In this document: positions 38,011 to 46,595 of the stretch, piece after piece
How positions within the stretch are numbered: the stretch's first letter is position 1
Layout of the letters: every line of letters starts with the position of its first letter
Assembly (NCBI GenBank): GCA_050124795.1
Contig: JASFEO010000003.1
Span: 1 to 64,000 of the forward strand
Origin: Candidatus Pacearchaeota archaeon
Lineage (GTDB): Archaea > Nanobdellota > Nanobdellia > Pacearchaeales > GW2011-AR1
DNA length: 64,000 nucleotides
Direction of reading: 5' to 3'
Translations under genes and position numbers: made by a program
The notes under the pieces: generated by a model
What the model was told of the DNA's origin: nothing
Database searches by the model: none
The model's input: the letters and a program-made list of their open reading frames with translations, nothing else

Positions 38011-38506
38011 TATTAAATAAGACTTTATGATTTTTTAAAATTGACTTTTTTACTTTTTCGGGGAGAAAATTAAAAACCTGTATGTCGAGTTTGTCAGGGA
38101 GTTTTGCCATCACGCTTCTTCTGAAATTAAAAGCACCTTTTTTTGTAATTTTATTAAACATAACTGCGATATCAATATCTGATTTTATAGTAATTTCATT
38201 TTTCACAACAGAACCAAATAAGAATATTTTTTTTATTTTTGGTTTTAATGGATGATCCAAGATAACTTCAAGAGCAAGATTGATTAATTTTTTGTTTTCA
38301 ATTCCTTTTTTCAGGTTAAAATCATCTTCAAATTTTGAAAGCTCTTTAATGAATTCTAATTTTTTTCTTATGTCCCTTGACAGCCTGTTTTTTTCAGACT
38401 GAGTAAGATTAATTCCATTAACCTGTTTTTCAATTATTTTTAATTCCCCTGCCCCGAATATTTTTCTACTCTCCGGGGTTTTTTTAAGAAATTCAATCAT
38501 TTTCAT
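37991..38506 (-). CDS. MNT (minimal nucleotidyltransferase) antitoxin with N-terminal extension
   Basis: LFGS...SDIDIAV. Confidence 0.9.
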   Translation of the reverse strand: MKMIEFLKKTPESRKIFGAGELKIIEKQVNGINLTQSEKNRLSRDIRKKLEFIKELSKFEDDFNLKKGIENKKLINLALEVILDHPLKPKIKKIFLFGSVVKNEITIKSDIDIAVMFNKITKKGAFNFRRSVMAKLPDKLDIQVFNFLPEKVKKSILKNHKVLFNNEKQRR

Positions 38507-38546
38507 TGTGGGATAATTAATAAAATAATCTATATAAAGGTTATTG

Positions 38547-38564
38547 TAACCATAATTATGGTTA
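38547..38564. promoter_or_regulatory. Perfect 18-bp palindrome TAACCATAATTATGGTTA, putative operator
   Basis: Lies between the divergent TATA boxes of the MNT-HEPN operon and the 38645/38763 operon. Confidence 0.5.
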
Positions 38565-38644
38565 TAGGTTGATAGTTTGCATTAAGCTTGAAATATATTT
38601 TCTAAAACAGTAATAATTATAAAGGCTTGAATATTTAGTAAGCC

Positions 38645-38761
38645 ATGGCTAACAAAGGGGTGCCGGGAGTTCTTGAAGAACTGGTGCATCATGCTGTTTC
38701 TTTGATTAAGCCAAATTCAATTTATTTTGCTTATAAAAGGAGGGTTTATCCTGCGATTTAA
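38645..38761 (+). CDS. Putative 38-aa leader ORF
   Basis: ATG about 22 nt after TATA; TAAAATG coupling to the next gene. Confidence 0.4.
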   Translation: MANKGVPGVLEELVHHAVSLIKPNSIYFAYKRRVYPAI

Positions 38762-38762
38762 A

Positions 38763-41753
38763 ATGGTAAGGGAGAAAAGAGACCTTATTTATTTAAACCC
38801 AAACGAATTAAAATTATTTAAATTCTTAAGATTAAATTCTGCTGAAATCTCGAATTGGCCTTCCTTGAAAGATATAACAAAAAAATTTAAGATTCCTGAA
38901 AAAAAAGCAAAAAGTTTAATATCCTCGTTAAGAAGAACAGATGGAATTACATTATCTTCTGAAACAAAAAAATTAGGAGATGAAATAATAACAAGATATG
39001 GTTTAACACCTGAAACTATCGGGGTCTTAGTTAAATCAGGGGAATCAAATAGTCAAAAGGAATTTAATTATTGCTCATTATATCTTGGAAAACCTTCTTT
39101 TGGAACTAAAGCATTTGATGAAAGATATACAATGAAAGGGCTTGCTTTAGCATTAGAGGTTAATGGATTAGCAAAAGAGATTCAGGAAGTAATTATTCAG
39201 GGGGGGATAATCCCGACTGTACCTCCTTTTTCTTCTGTAAGTTATTTAACTGCTTTAAAATTTTTAAGCCAAATAGATAGAACCTCCGACAGAAAAAGTA
39301 TCTCCGAAGAAATGCTTGAAGAAGAAATAACTACTGAATTTGAAAGAGACTTTTACAATAAATTTGTTAACAATGATAAAAAGAAAAAAATCACCTCCCT
39401 TACAGAAGCTTTTAGTGCTGCAGAAGAACAAATTTCTACGTTAATGAATGCACTCCCCGAAGAGACTGTTTTAAGAATGCAATTAGGTCATGAAGAAAGA
39501 GAGAATATCCGTTTTTTAGAACAGGCGCAAATTCAAGGATTTGCTAAGAAAAAAACAAAGAGAATTAAAGCAATGAAAGAGGATTTAATTCAGGATAGTG
39601 AAATTGCCTACGCAAAGTCATATGGGCTGGCAGCTAAACAATTTATTTTAGAAAAAATTTCTTCTTCAGAAGCATTAAAGAGTAAAATTGGGGAGAAAAA
39701 AAGAGATTATATTAAAAGAATTGAGAAAAAATTCTTAGACGCTAAAAAGATAGGGGGAAAATTAGATTTAATATGGGGGGGCTATCCTCTTGCAAGAACA
39801 AGCGAAGTATCTTTAGAAACAATCTGGGAAAAAGCAAAGGAAGAAGCTTTTAGGTATAGCTATCACTGGAGTAAGAGGGATCAAAAAAGGATAGGGATGC
39901 AGGCAAAAGAATTAGAAGACGAACTGGAAAAAATTCCTAAACAAAAAAGGGATTTAGAATCAAGAGTCGAAGATATAGAGGAGACTGAAAGCTGGACAAA
40001 ACAACTTCTTGGGGGGGATAGGGCAGCCATAACCTGGTTCACCAGACAATATCCTGTTGATGCAGATTACGCAGAATTCGGATGGAAAAAAGTAAAAGAT
40101 AAGTTTACTAAACATTTTTTTAACTGGCACATTTCAAATCCAACAGTTATTCATGTATCCCCCAGAAAAAAAGTTACTCTCGATACAGGGATTGTAACGA
40201 ATGTAAAAACAAAAGAAAAAGATACAGCAGAAGTAGAATACCGAATTCATTCAGATGGAAAAAAGAAAGTAATGATGATTGAAAATATAAATCATATTTC
40301 TTCAAATGATATTCCTGCAAAAGCCATTAATGCTGCAAAACAACTTATGAATTATGAAACTACTGTTTTAAAGAAACTTTATGAAAAAGAGATCAAGATG
40401 GTTCAACCAGATATTGTTCTTTTGGGGGCTCATTTAAGTGGGGGTTTTAGAGCAATGCCTTGGTTTAAAGAATCAGAGCAATTAATTGAAGGAGAGTTTG
40501 TTGGTGCACAGGATATTAGTTGGTTAATTAACCTTCCAACACTCCAATCTATCCCCCATCTGGAATGGCTCACAGCCCATCAATTTAGAAATTGGGATGT
40601 TAAAAGATATTTAAAAGGCCCCTATGCTTCTGCAGCAATTGCCCATATAGAAGATAACGAAGGAGTTAATAAATTTTCCATAATGGATAATGGGTTTTTA
40701 GTTGAGGCAGGCAAATTAGCCGAGCAAATTGAAACATACAGAGATGAATTAAGAGATAAATCCCTTGATAAAGAAACGCGCTCAAAAATTTTTGGATTAA
40801 TAAAAGAAGCTAAACAAAAAGTTAAAGCAAATTTCAAAAAAATAGAGGCTGCCGGGGATTTTCACTTAGGTTCTCCGGATCAATGGGAAAGATATAGTAA
40901 AGATCAATTAATTAAAGCCGCCCAATCATATCAAAAAAGAAAAGGTCTTCCAAATATTGTTTGTTATGATGAAATATTAAATGGTGTTGAAGAAAGAATT
41001 TTTAAATCTTCTACAAGATACCTTGGCGGGATTCCCCAAAAGTTTGAAAGGCAAGTTATTACGCCAATCTTAGAATCTGAAAATCTTTCTAATGAAGAAA
41101 AAGCAAGATTGATCGCAAAAGAGAGCATGGCTAATCTTAGGTCGATACCTATTCATAATATGTCTGATCAAAAAGATGCATTTAGATGGCTGTGCAAACC
41201 TTATTTGGATAGAATTCTTGAAAATAATGGACTTTTAGTTCTTACAAGTGGGAATCATGCAAATCAATCACAGAGATTAGCTGACGAAGCTCAGGAACTT
41301 GCAAATCAGTTTGACAAGGAATTAATATATGACCGATTCAATAAGCAAGGAAAGATTCATGTTCATTCAGGAAAAGGCAATCCTGTTGGAGTCGGGACAA
41401 TAAGATTAGGTGGAAATGCTCAGCAAAAGTTATTCACAATTCATAAAATGCCAGAAAGAATGGATGAAGGTTATGGGGGGGCATTGCATTTAAGAAAAGG
41501 GAAAAATGATGCAGATATAATTGTATACGGAGATAGACATCATCCTATAGCGTGGTATGCGGATGGACATCTTGGAACTCTTCATCCAGGAATGGAGCCT
41601 ATTAATACATATGTTCCCTTGATAGGAAAGCCTGCAGGAATTCATGGAATTAATAATATTTTTTATGACCCTGATAAAAGAGGGATATACCAAGTAGATT
41701 TTATTTTAGATGATGCCCTTGAAAAGATTATTGAAGCTGAGAATATAATTTAA
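38763..41753 (+). CDS. Large protein: N-terminal wHTH, degenerate calcineurin-like metallophosphoesterase with coiled-coil insert, second near-intact metallophosphoesterase
   Basis: Second domain: GDFHLG, YDEILNG, SGNHA, TIHK, YGDRHH; first domain: SLYLG, IIQGG, LGHEE, LLGAH. Confidence 0.65.
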   Translation: MVREKRDLIYLNPNELKLFKFLRLNSAEISNWPSLKDITKKFKIPEKKAKSLISSLRRTDGITLSSETKKLGDEIITRYGLTPETIGVLVKSGESNSQKEFNYCSLYLGKPSFGTKAFDERYTMKGLALALEVNGLAKEIQEVIIQGGIIPTVPPFSSVSYLTALKFLSQIDRTSDRKSISEEMLEEEITTEFERDFYNKFVNNDKKKKITSLTEAFSAAEEQISTLMNALPEETVLRMQLGHEERENIRFLEQAQIQGFAKKKTKRIKAMKEDLIQDSEIAYAKSYGLAAKQFILEKISSSEALKSKIGEKKRDYIKRIEKKFLDAKKIGGKLDLIWGGYPLARTSEVSLETIWEKAKEEAFRYSYHWSKRDQKRIGMQAKELEDELEKIPKQKRDLESRVEDIEETESWTKQLLGGDRAAITWFTRQYPVDADYAEFGWKKVKDKFTKHFFNWHISNPTVIHVSPRKKVTLDTGIVTNVKTKEKDTAEVEYRIHSDGKKKVMMIENINHISSNDIPAKAINAAKQLMNYETTVLKKLYEKEIKMVQPDIVLLGAHLSGGFRAMPWFKESEQLIEGEFVGAQDISWLINLPTLQSIPHLEWLTAHQFRNWDVKRYLKGPYASAAIAHIEDNEGVNKFSIMDNGFLVEAGKLAEQIETYRDELRDKSLDKETRSKIFGLIKEAKQKVKANFKKIEAAGDFHLGSPDQWERYSKDQLIKAAQSYQKRKGLPNIVCYDEILNGVEERIFKSSTRYLGGIPQKFERQVITPILESENLSNEEKARLIAKESMANLRSIPIHNMSDQKDAFRWLCKPYLDRILENNGLLVLTSGNHANQSQRLADEAQELANQFDKELIYDRFNKQGKIHVHSGKGNPVGVGTIRLGGNAQQKLFTIHKMPERMDEGYGGALHLRKGKNDADIIVYGDRHHPIAWYADGHLGTLHPGMEPINTYVPLIGKPAGIHGINNIFYDPDKRGIYQVDFILDDALEKIIEAENII

Positions 41754-41849
41754 ATGAAAAAACAAATCTACTTAATTTGTCCTGTAAGAGAGATTACTCC
41801 TGAGCAAAGAGAATATCTTGATAATTATGTAGGGAGCGTATTCTTTTAA
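41754..41849 (+). pseudogene. Truncated nucleoside 2-deoxyribosyltransferase-like gene (MKKQIYLICPVREITPEQ...)
   Basis: IYLICPVR N-terminal strand motif; TAAATG-coupled; stops after 31 aa. Confidence 0.45.
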
Positions 41850-42183
41850 AACACGTGTCCAAAATAAGGCGAAATGTTTTTGGGCCCATCCTTTTGCGAA
41901 AAATCTCTCAGGTTCAATAATTAGATAAAAACCCCTTTTGTGCATCCTTTTTCTTATCATGCTCCTTTCACCTAAATTTTTTTTTCTTAGGCTTTTTATA
42001 ATATCCGGGTTAATAGCATTTTTCATCAACACTTGAAACATTGTATTCTTTTAGGGCTCGATAGTATCTTTCCCCTTTTGTAACAAAATGAGTTAGGAAT
42101 ACAACATCGTTTTCTGGGGCGATAATAGAATCATAAACAGAAAGGCAATTTTATATTTCCAGGATTATTCTTCTTTCTGTCAT
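41772..42183 (-). pseudogene. Probable decayed ORF
   Basis: ATG 42183 after TATA, followed by interrupted frames. Confidence 0.3.
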
Positions 42184-42271
42184 AAGTTTTGGTTTGTTTT
42201 TTCATTTAAAAATATTGTCGGGGGTTTTGCAATTAATTTTTAAACTAATTTTTCTTTAGAAAAGTGAGGAG

Positions 42272-42499
42272 GTGAAAATGAAAAAGAGATTAAGAAAGAA
42301 AAAAATGCAGAAATGTTTTAATATGAATTCCAGATGCGGATGTTGCGGCGGAGGAATTTACGGGCTTGGATTTTTAGGTTCAGTAATTTATTACATCTCA
42401 ACTGCTCAAGGTTTTTGGGTTGGAGTTTTAGGAATTTTAAAATCAATTGTCTGGCCTGCATTTTTAGTATTTGAAATCATGAAATACTTAGGGATGTAG
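42272..42499 (+). CDS. Small conserved membrane protein
   Basis: GGIYGLGFLG...FWVGVLGILKSIVWPAFLV; SD GAGGAGGTG. Confidence 0.75.
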   Translation: MKMKKRLRKKKMQKCFNMNSRCGCCGGGIYGLGFLGSVIYYISTAQGFWVGVLGILKSIVWPAFLVFEIMKYLGM

Positions 42500-43151
42500 A
42501 AGAAAAGACTTTGAATTTTTTTGTCCTATCATCGAAAAAGCTTGTTATGTACTTTGGCGTTTTTGATTTTATTACTTTTTCTAGAATATATTTTGTTTCC
42601 GGAAAAATATTAATTTTTTTCAGTTCATTTGGGCTAACCCATTCTCCGTCCTCAGGCGTATCTTTTGTTGTTGCCCTAAAGAAAAACATTAAAAAATGAT
42701 TTGTTTGGGAAATAAAATTATTAATGCAAAACAGTTTGGGATTTTGGATATCAATTCCTGTTAATTCTTTTGCTCTCTTTTTTGCAGCTTCATAAATATC
42801 TTCGAATCTTTTTAATTTCCCGCTTAAACCGATATAATATTCTTTGAACGGCTCCCATTTCCTTTTCAACAATAAAACTTTATCTCCTTTTTTTACAAAT
42901 ACCGCAACGGATACCATCGGGAGCAGGTCAAATTCGCTGGCATAACGAAGATAGGGCATTAATGTCTTGCTTTTTTGCGTTAAAGAATAGCCTTTTGTAC
43001 TTTTAGATAAAAATTTATTTTTCACAAGATTTTTAATATGATAAGCCAGCTGATTTGATTCTATTCTTAATTTTTTCTTAATTTCACTAAAAGAAGTTAA
43101 TCCGCCCTCTACTAATGCGAGTATTTTTCTTTTGTATTCTTCATTTATCAT
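42477..43151 (-). CDS. wHTH (ArsR-like) + NUDIX domain regulator
   Basis: SFSEI...SNQLAYHIKNL wHTH; degenerate NUDIX box GKL...AAKKRAKELTG. Confidence 0.8.
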   Translation of the reverse strand: MINEEYKRKILALVEGGLTSFSEIKKKLRIESNQLAYHIKNLVKNKFLSKSTKGYSLTQKSKTLMPYLRYASEFDLLPMVSVAVFVKKGDKVLLLKRKWEPFKEYYIGLSGKLKRFEDIYEAAKKRAKELTGIDIQNPKLFCINNFISQTNHFLMFFFRATTKDTPEDGEWVSPNELKKINIFPETKYILEKVIKSKTPKYITSFFDDRTKKFKVFSSTSLSIS

Positions 43152-43153
43152 AA

Positions 43154-43236
43154 AATCAATTTAATTTGACTAGATATAAACTTTGCGTTATATATTTTAG
43201 AGAACAGTAATATTTATAAGTCAAATCATTTTGACT
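43154..43236. promoter_or_regulatory. Two AGTCAAA-N4-(T/A)TTGA(C/T)T operator-like sites (43154-43171 minus, 43219-43236 plus)
   Basis: Each lies immediately 3' of one of the two divergent TATA boxes. Confidence 0.6.
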
Positions 43237-43265
43237 CAGATTAAGATGACTTAAGGAGATGAAAT

Positions 43266-43775
43266 ATGGATCTAAAAAAACAACTTAAAAAAGAAGAAAC
43301 TGCTGAATTAAATAGAAGAAGGAAAAAAGAGAAAGATATCCTAAGAAAAGAAAGAAATAGATGTATCGAAAATTGGATAGAGGACATAAAAGAATATTCT
43401 TTTGACCCATTTAAAGATAACGATCAAACTATCATCAAGTCAATATATAAAAATAAAATATCTAGTGGCGATGATAATGAACTGCAAATCCGATTTACTA
43501 ATACAACAAATTGTTACCAGAGAGATATGGATAACTGGGAATATTTTTTTCCAAGGGTAAAACATATGTTTCCTGCGAAAGGCGAGGGCATTGCAACTAA
43601 TAAAATAAATCCAAAAAGGTTAAGAGAATTTCTCTCAAAAATTGAAGATCGGTTGGAGATTGATATAGAATGGGCAATCGGGCATGATTCATATACGAGT
43701 TATACCCTCCAGACAATTATAACTGAAGGACTTTACGGACATTGCACATATAATAAGAAAATAGGTAAGAGGTAA
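43266..43775 (+). CDS. Hypothetical protein
   Basis: SD AGGAGA; divergent from the regulator. Confidence 0.7.
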   Translation: MDLKKQLKKEETAELNRRRKKEKDILRKERNRCIENWIEDIKEYSFDPFKDNDQTIIKSIYKNKISSGDDNELQIRFTNTTNCYQRDMDNWEYFFPRVKHMFPAKGEGIATNKINPKRLREFLSKIEDRLEIDIEWAIGHDSYTSYTLQTIITEGLYGHCTYNKKIGKR

Positions 43776-43806
43776 ATTTATATAAAAATATTTTTAAATA
43801 ATTTTT

Positions 43807-44307
43807 TTATTTTTTATTTACCAACCTTTCTATGAAGAGTCCGCTGATTATTGAAAAAATAAAGATATAAGAAGCAGCAACTATTGTAAATGAAACCCCA
43901 AAGTAATATGTCATCGCCGGAATGAAAGCTACCTGGATATTTCTGTTATATAAAAAATAAACAATTAATGAATTTTTCATTCCTGCTTTTTTTAGTTCCC
44001 CGAGAAGGGGGAAAATTACATAGGGCGGCGCGGGAATTAAAAGGCAGGGAAAGAGCGTATAAACCCAGGCTTTGATTCCTGATTTTTCTCCCAAATATTT
44101 GCTGATTTTTTCAGGTCTTAAAAAAATATTTATAAAAAACATAAACCCAAAAACAATTAAAATTAATGGAAAAAGTTTTAGAAACGCTTTGAGAAAATTA
44201 TCAAATGCAATTTTTGTATAGTCAGGGTTTACAAAAAAAGAAATTAGATATACAACAACCATCGCAAGAAAGAATAAAGTTGCAAAGCCGATTTTTCTTT
44301 TTTTCAT
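43807..44307 (-). CDS. Permease subunit (DUF318/ArsP-like)
   Basis: Multi-TM; KYLGEKSG..., PPYVIFPLL. Confidence 0.75.
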   Translation of the reverse strand: MKKRKIGFATLFFLAMVVVYLISFFVNPDYTKIAFDNFLKAFLKLFPLILIVFGFMFFINIFLRPEKISKYLGEKSGIKAWVYTLFPCLLIPAPPYVIFPLLGELKKAGMKNSLIVYFLYNRNIQVAFIPAMTYYFGVSFTIVAASYIFIFSIISGLFIERLVNKK

Positions 44308-44308
44308 T

Positions 44309-44722
44309 TTAATTTAGAAGATGCAAAGTTAGGATTGTTAATGTTGAGATGATTATCGCTAAAACAAAGTTAACAGTATTTCTTAGGATTGCAAATTTTT
44401 TCCCTAAGAATTTTATTTCAAGAGGAAGCATCGCAATTCCAACAGTTGTCCATGCGATTACAAAAGCTGCAACAGCGAGAAGACTGACTCCGCTTTTTAA
44501 TAATTCTCCCCCGGTGATATATGCAGTAAAGGGTATCCCGAATGCAATGCTCCCTCCAAGGGCTCCGATTAAAGGATCAAGAAAATAATTTCCCGTAAAA
44601 ATAAGCGGATAATACTTCTGGAAAAGAGGATTTAAAATATTCAGAAGCAAAAGAATCCCAAGAATTATCGGGGTTGCCATTTTCAAAACTCTAAAAGTTT
44701 TTTTAGCAGATTCTTTTATCAT
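44309..44722 (-). CDS. Permease subunit (DUF318/ArsP-like)
   Basis: Multi-TM; GGELL..GV, AWTTVG..LPLE..LGKKFA..RN. Confidence 0.75.
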   Translation of the reverse strand: MIKESAKKTFRVLKMATPIILGILLLLNILNPLFQKYYPLIFTGNYFLDPLIGALGGSIAFGIPFTAYITGGELLKSGVSLLAVAAFVIAWTTVGIAMLPLEIKFLGKKFAILRNTVNFVLAIIISTLTILTLHLLN

Positions 44723-44801
44723 CTAATTTCAAAAGGTCAGGAGTATAAAACTCTTTAGGCAATTTAGGAATATTTTTAATTATCTATTTTATTCTTTATT
44801 T

Positions 44802-45911
44802 ATGCACTTCCATATAATTTTAACAGAAAAATGCAACTCGCGTTGCAAATATTGTTTTGAAAAATCAATGAATGAATTTGAAAATGGTCTTGATAAAAAA
44901 TGGGAATTTGATTTAGACGCTCCTATTGAATCAGTTGTGGAAATTGAAAAATTAAAAAGTTTTTTAGAAAAAGATGAAAATCCAACTTTAATTTTTTATG
45001 GAGGTGAGCCGCTTTTAAAAATTGAAAAAATAAAAGATATAATTGATAATGTAAATGCAAGATTTTGTTTGCAGACAAATGGAAAATTACTTGATAAAAT
45101 TCCTGAAAAATATTTAAAAAAACTTTCAAAGATTTTAGTTTCTATTGACGGAGATGAAAAAATAACTGATTTTAATAAAGGTGAGGGGGCTTACAAAAAA
45201 GTAATTGAAAATATAAAAAAAATTCGCAGGAAAGGTTTTAATGGAGAGATTGTTGCGAGGATGACAATTGCGCAAGACTTTCCTGATATTGAAAAGCAAG
45301 TAAAACATTTAATTGAATTAGGAATTTTTGATTCAATGCATTGGCAGATCGACGCTGGTTTTTATAAAAATGATTTTAATGAAAAAGAATTTTCAAAGTT
45401 TGTTGAAAGTTATAATAAATCAGTTTCAAAACTAATTGATTATTGGATTAATGAAATGGAAAAAGGAAATGTAATAAAACTTTATCCGTTTTTAGGACTA
45501 TATGACAATCTTTATTATGAGAAAAAATCAAAACTTATGTGCGGGGCAGGTTATACAAATTACACAATAACAACAAATGGAAATCTAGTTGCCTGCCCGA
45601 TTATGGGATGCATAAAAGATTTTTATTGCGGGAACTTAGATTCTAAAATTAAAGATTTGAAAAAAATTTATGTGGGTGTTCCCTGCACAGATTGTGAGTA
45701 TCTGGATAATTGCGGAGGAAGATGTTTGTATTCAAACTATGCAAAACTCTGGCCAAGAGCCGGAGAAAAATTAATTTGCAAAACAGTAATTCATTTAATT
45801 GAAGAGATAAAGGGAGTTTTACCAGAAATAAAAAAATTAATTAAAGAAGGAAAAATTAAAGAAAGTGATTTTGAATATGAAAAATATTTTGGACCTGAGA
45901 TAATTCCATAA
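44802..45911 (+). CDS. Radical SAM/SPASM protein (AF0577-like archaeal family)
   Basis: CNSRCKYC, FYGGEP, CGAG...ACP, CxxC...CGGRC and EIIP C-terminus. Confidence 0.88.
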   Translation: MHFHIILTEKCNSRCKYCFEKSMNEFENGLDKKWEFDLDAPIESVVEIEKLKSFLEKDENPTLIFYGGEPLLKIEKIKDIIDNVNARFCLQTNGKLLDKIPEKYLKKLSKILVSIDGDEKITDFNKGEGAYKKVIENIKKIRRKGFNGEIVARMTIAQDFPDIEKQVKHLIELGIFDSMHWQIDAGFYKNDFNEKEFSKFVESYNKSVSKLIDYWINEMEKGNVIKLYPFLGLYDNLYYEKKSKLMCGAGYTNYTITTNGNLVACPIMGCIKDFYCGNLDSKIKDLKKIYVGVPCTDCEYLDNCGGRCLYSNYAKLWPRAGEKLICKTVIHLIEEIKGVLPEIKKLIKEGKIKESDFEYEKYFGPEIIP

Positions 45912-45964
45912 TTAATTTTTTAAACTCCAAACTCTTTTATTCATAAAATTAAAAGGAGGTTAAA

Positions 45965-46336
45965 ATGAATTTAAAGAGAGGAATTTTGTTTGGAAGTTTG
46001 CTTTGGGTTTTGATTTTTGTCTGGTGGTCAGTGTTAATATTTATCCCGGGATTAAATGAGACTCTTCAATATGTGATCCACTATTGTTTATTGATAGTCG
46101 CAGCAAGTTTTATAGCAAATCTTTATTACAGAAAAAAAGACAAGGTTAATGGATTTTTGCTTGGTTTGGTTTTCCTTGGCGCCGGGCTCATTCTTGATAC
46201 AATTATTACTGTGCCTTTGTTTACAATGCCGCAGGGTGTTGGGTATTTGGATTTTTTCTTTGCCCCATTAATGCTTGTAGGTTATGCAATTTCAGTTTTG
46301 ACAGTTGGAATATATGACAAAATAATGAATAAGTGA
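45965..46336 (+). CDS. Four-TM membrane protein
   Basis: SD AGGAGG; LD.IITVPLF motif. Confidence 0.75.
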   Translation: MNLKRGILFGSLLWVLIFVWWSVLIFIPGLNETLQYVIHYCLLIVAASFIANLYYRKKDKVNGFLLGLVFLGAGLILDTIITVPLFTMPQGVGYLDFFFAPLMLVGYAISVLTVGIYDKIMNK

Positions 46337-46378
46337 GCACAATTAATTTTTTAAATTCTTTTTTTGTTTGTTTTACAG

Positions 46379-46449
46379 GCGTGGTTAGTTTATTGGTAGA
46401 ATATTTCGTTGCCAACGAAGTGAGCCGGGTTCGATTCCCGGACCGCGCA
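46379..46449 (+). tRNA. tRNA-Gly(GCC)
   Basis: Acceptor stem GCGTGGT/ACCGCGC, anticodon GCC at 46411-46413, T-loop GGTTCGATTCC; no encoded CCA. Confidence 0.95.
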
Positions 46450-46595
46450 TAAATAATCGAAGCCTTGGGTTTTGTTTAAAACTGAAATTTCAGACGACGG
46501 AGAGTTCTTTGAACGGCCCGCGATCCCTGGCAGTGCATTTTATTTCATTTCCCGCCAGAGGCAACATTTATAAAACTAAATTTTCTTTTGTATCT

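Noticed and set aside
46379-46449. tRNA-Gly as attachment site of an integrated element
   Set aside because: No duplicate of the tRNA 3' end seen in the window and no adjacent integrase.
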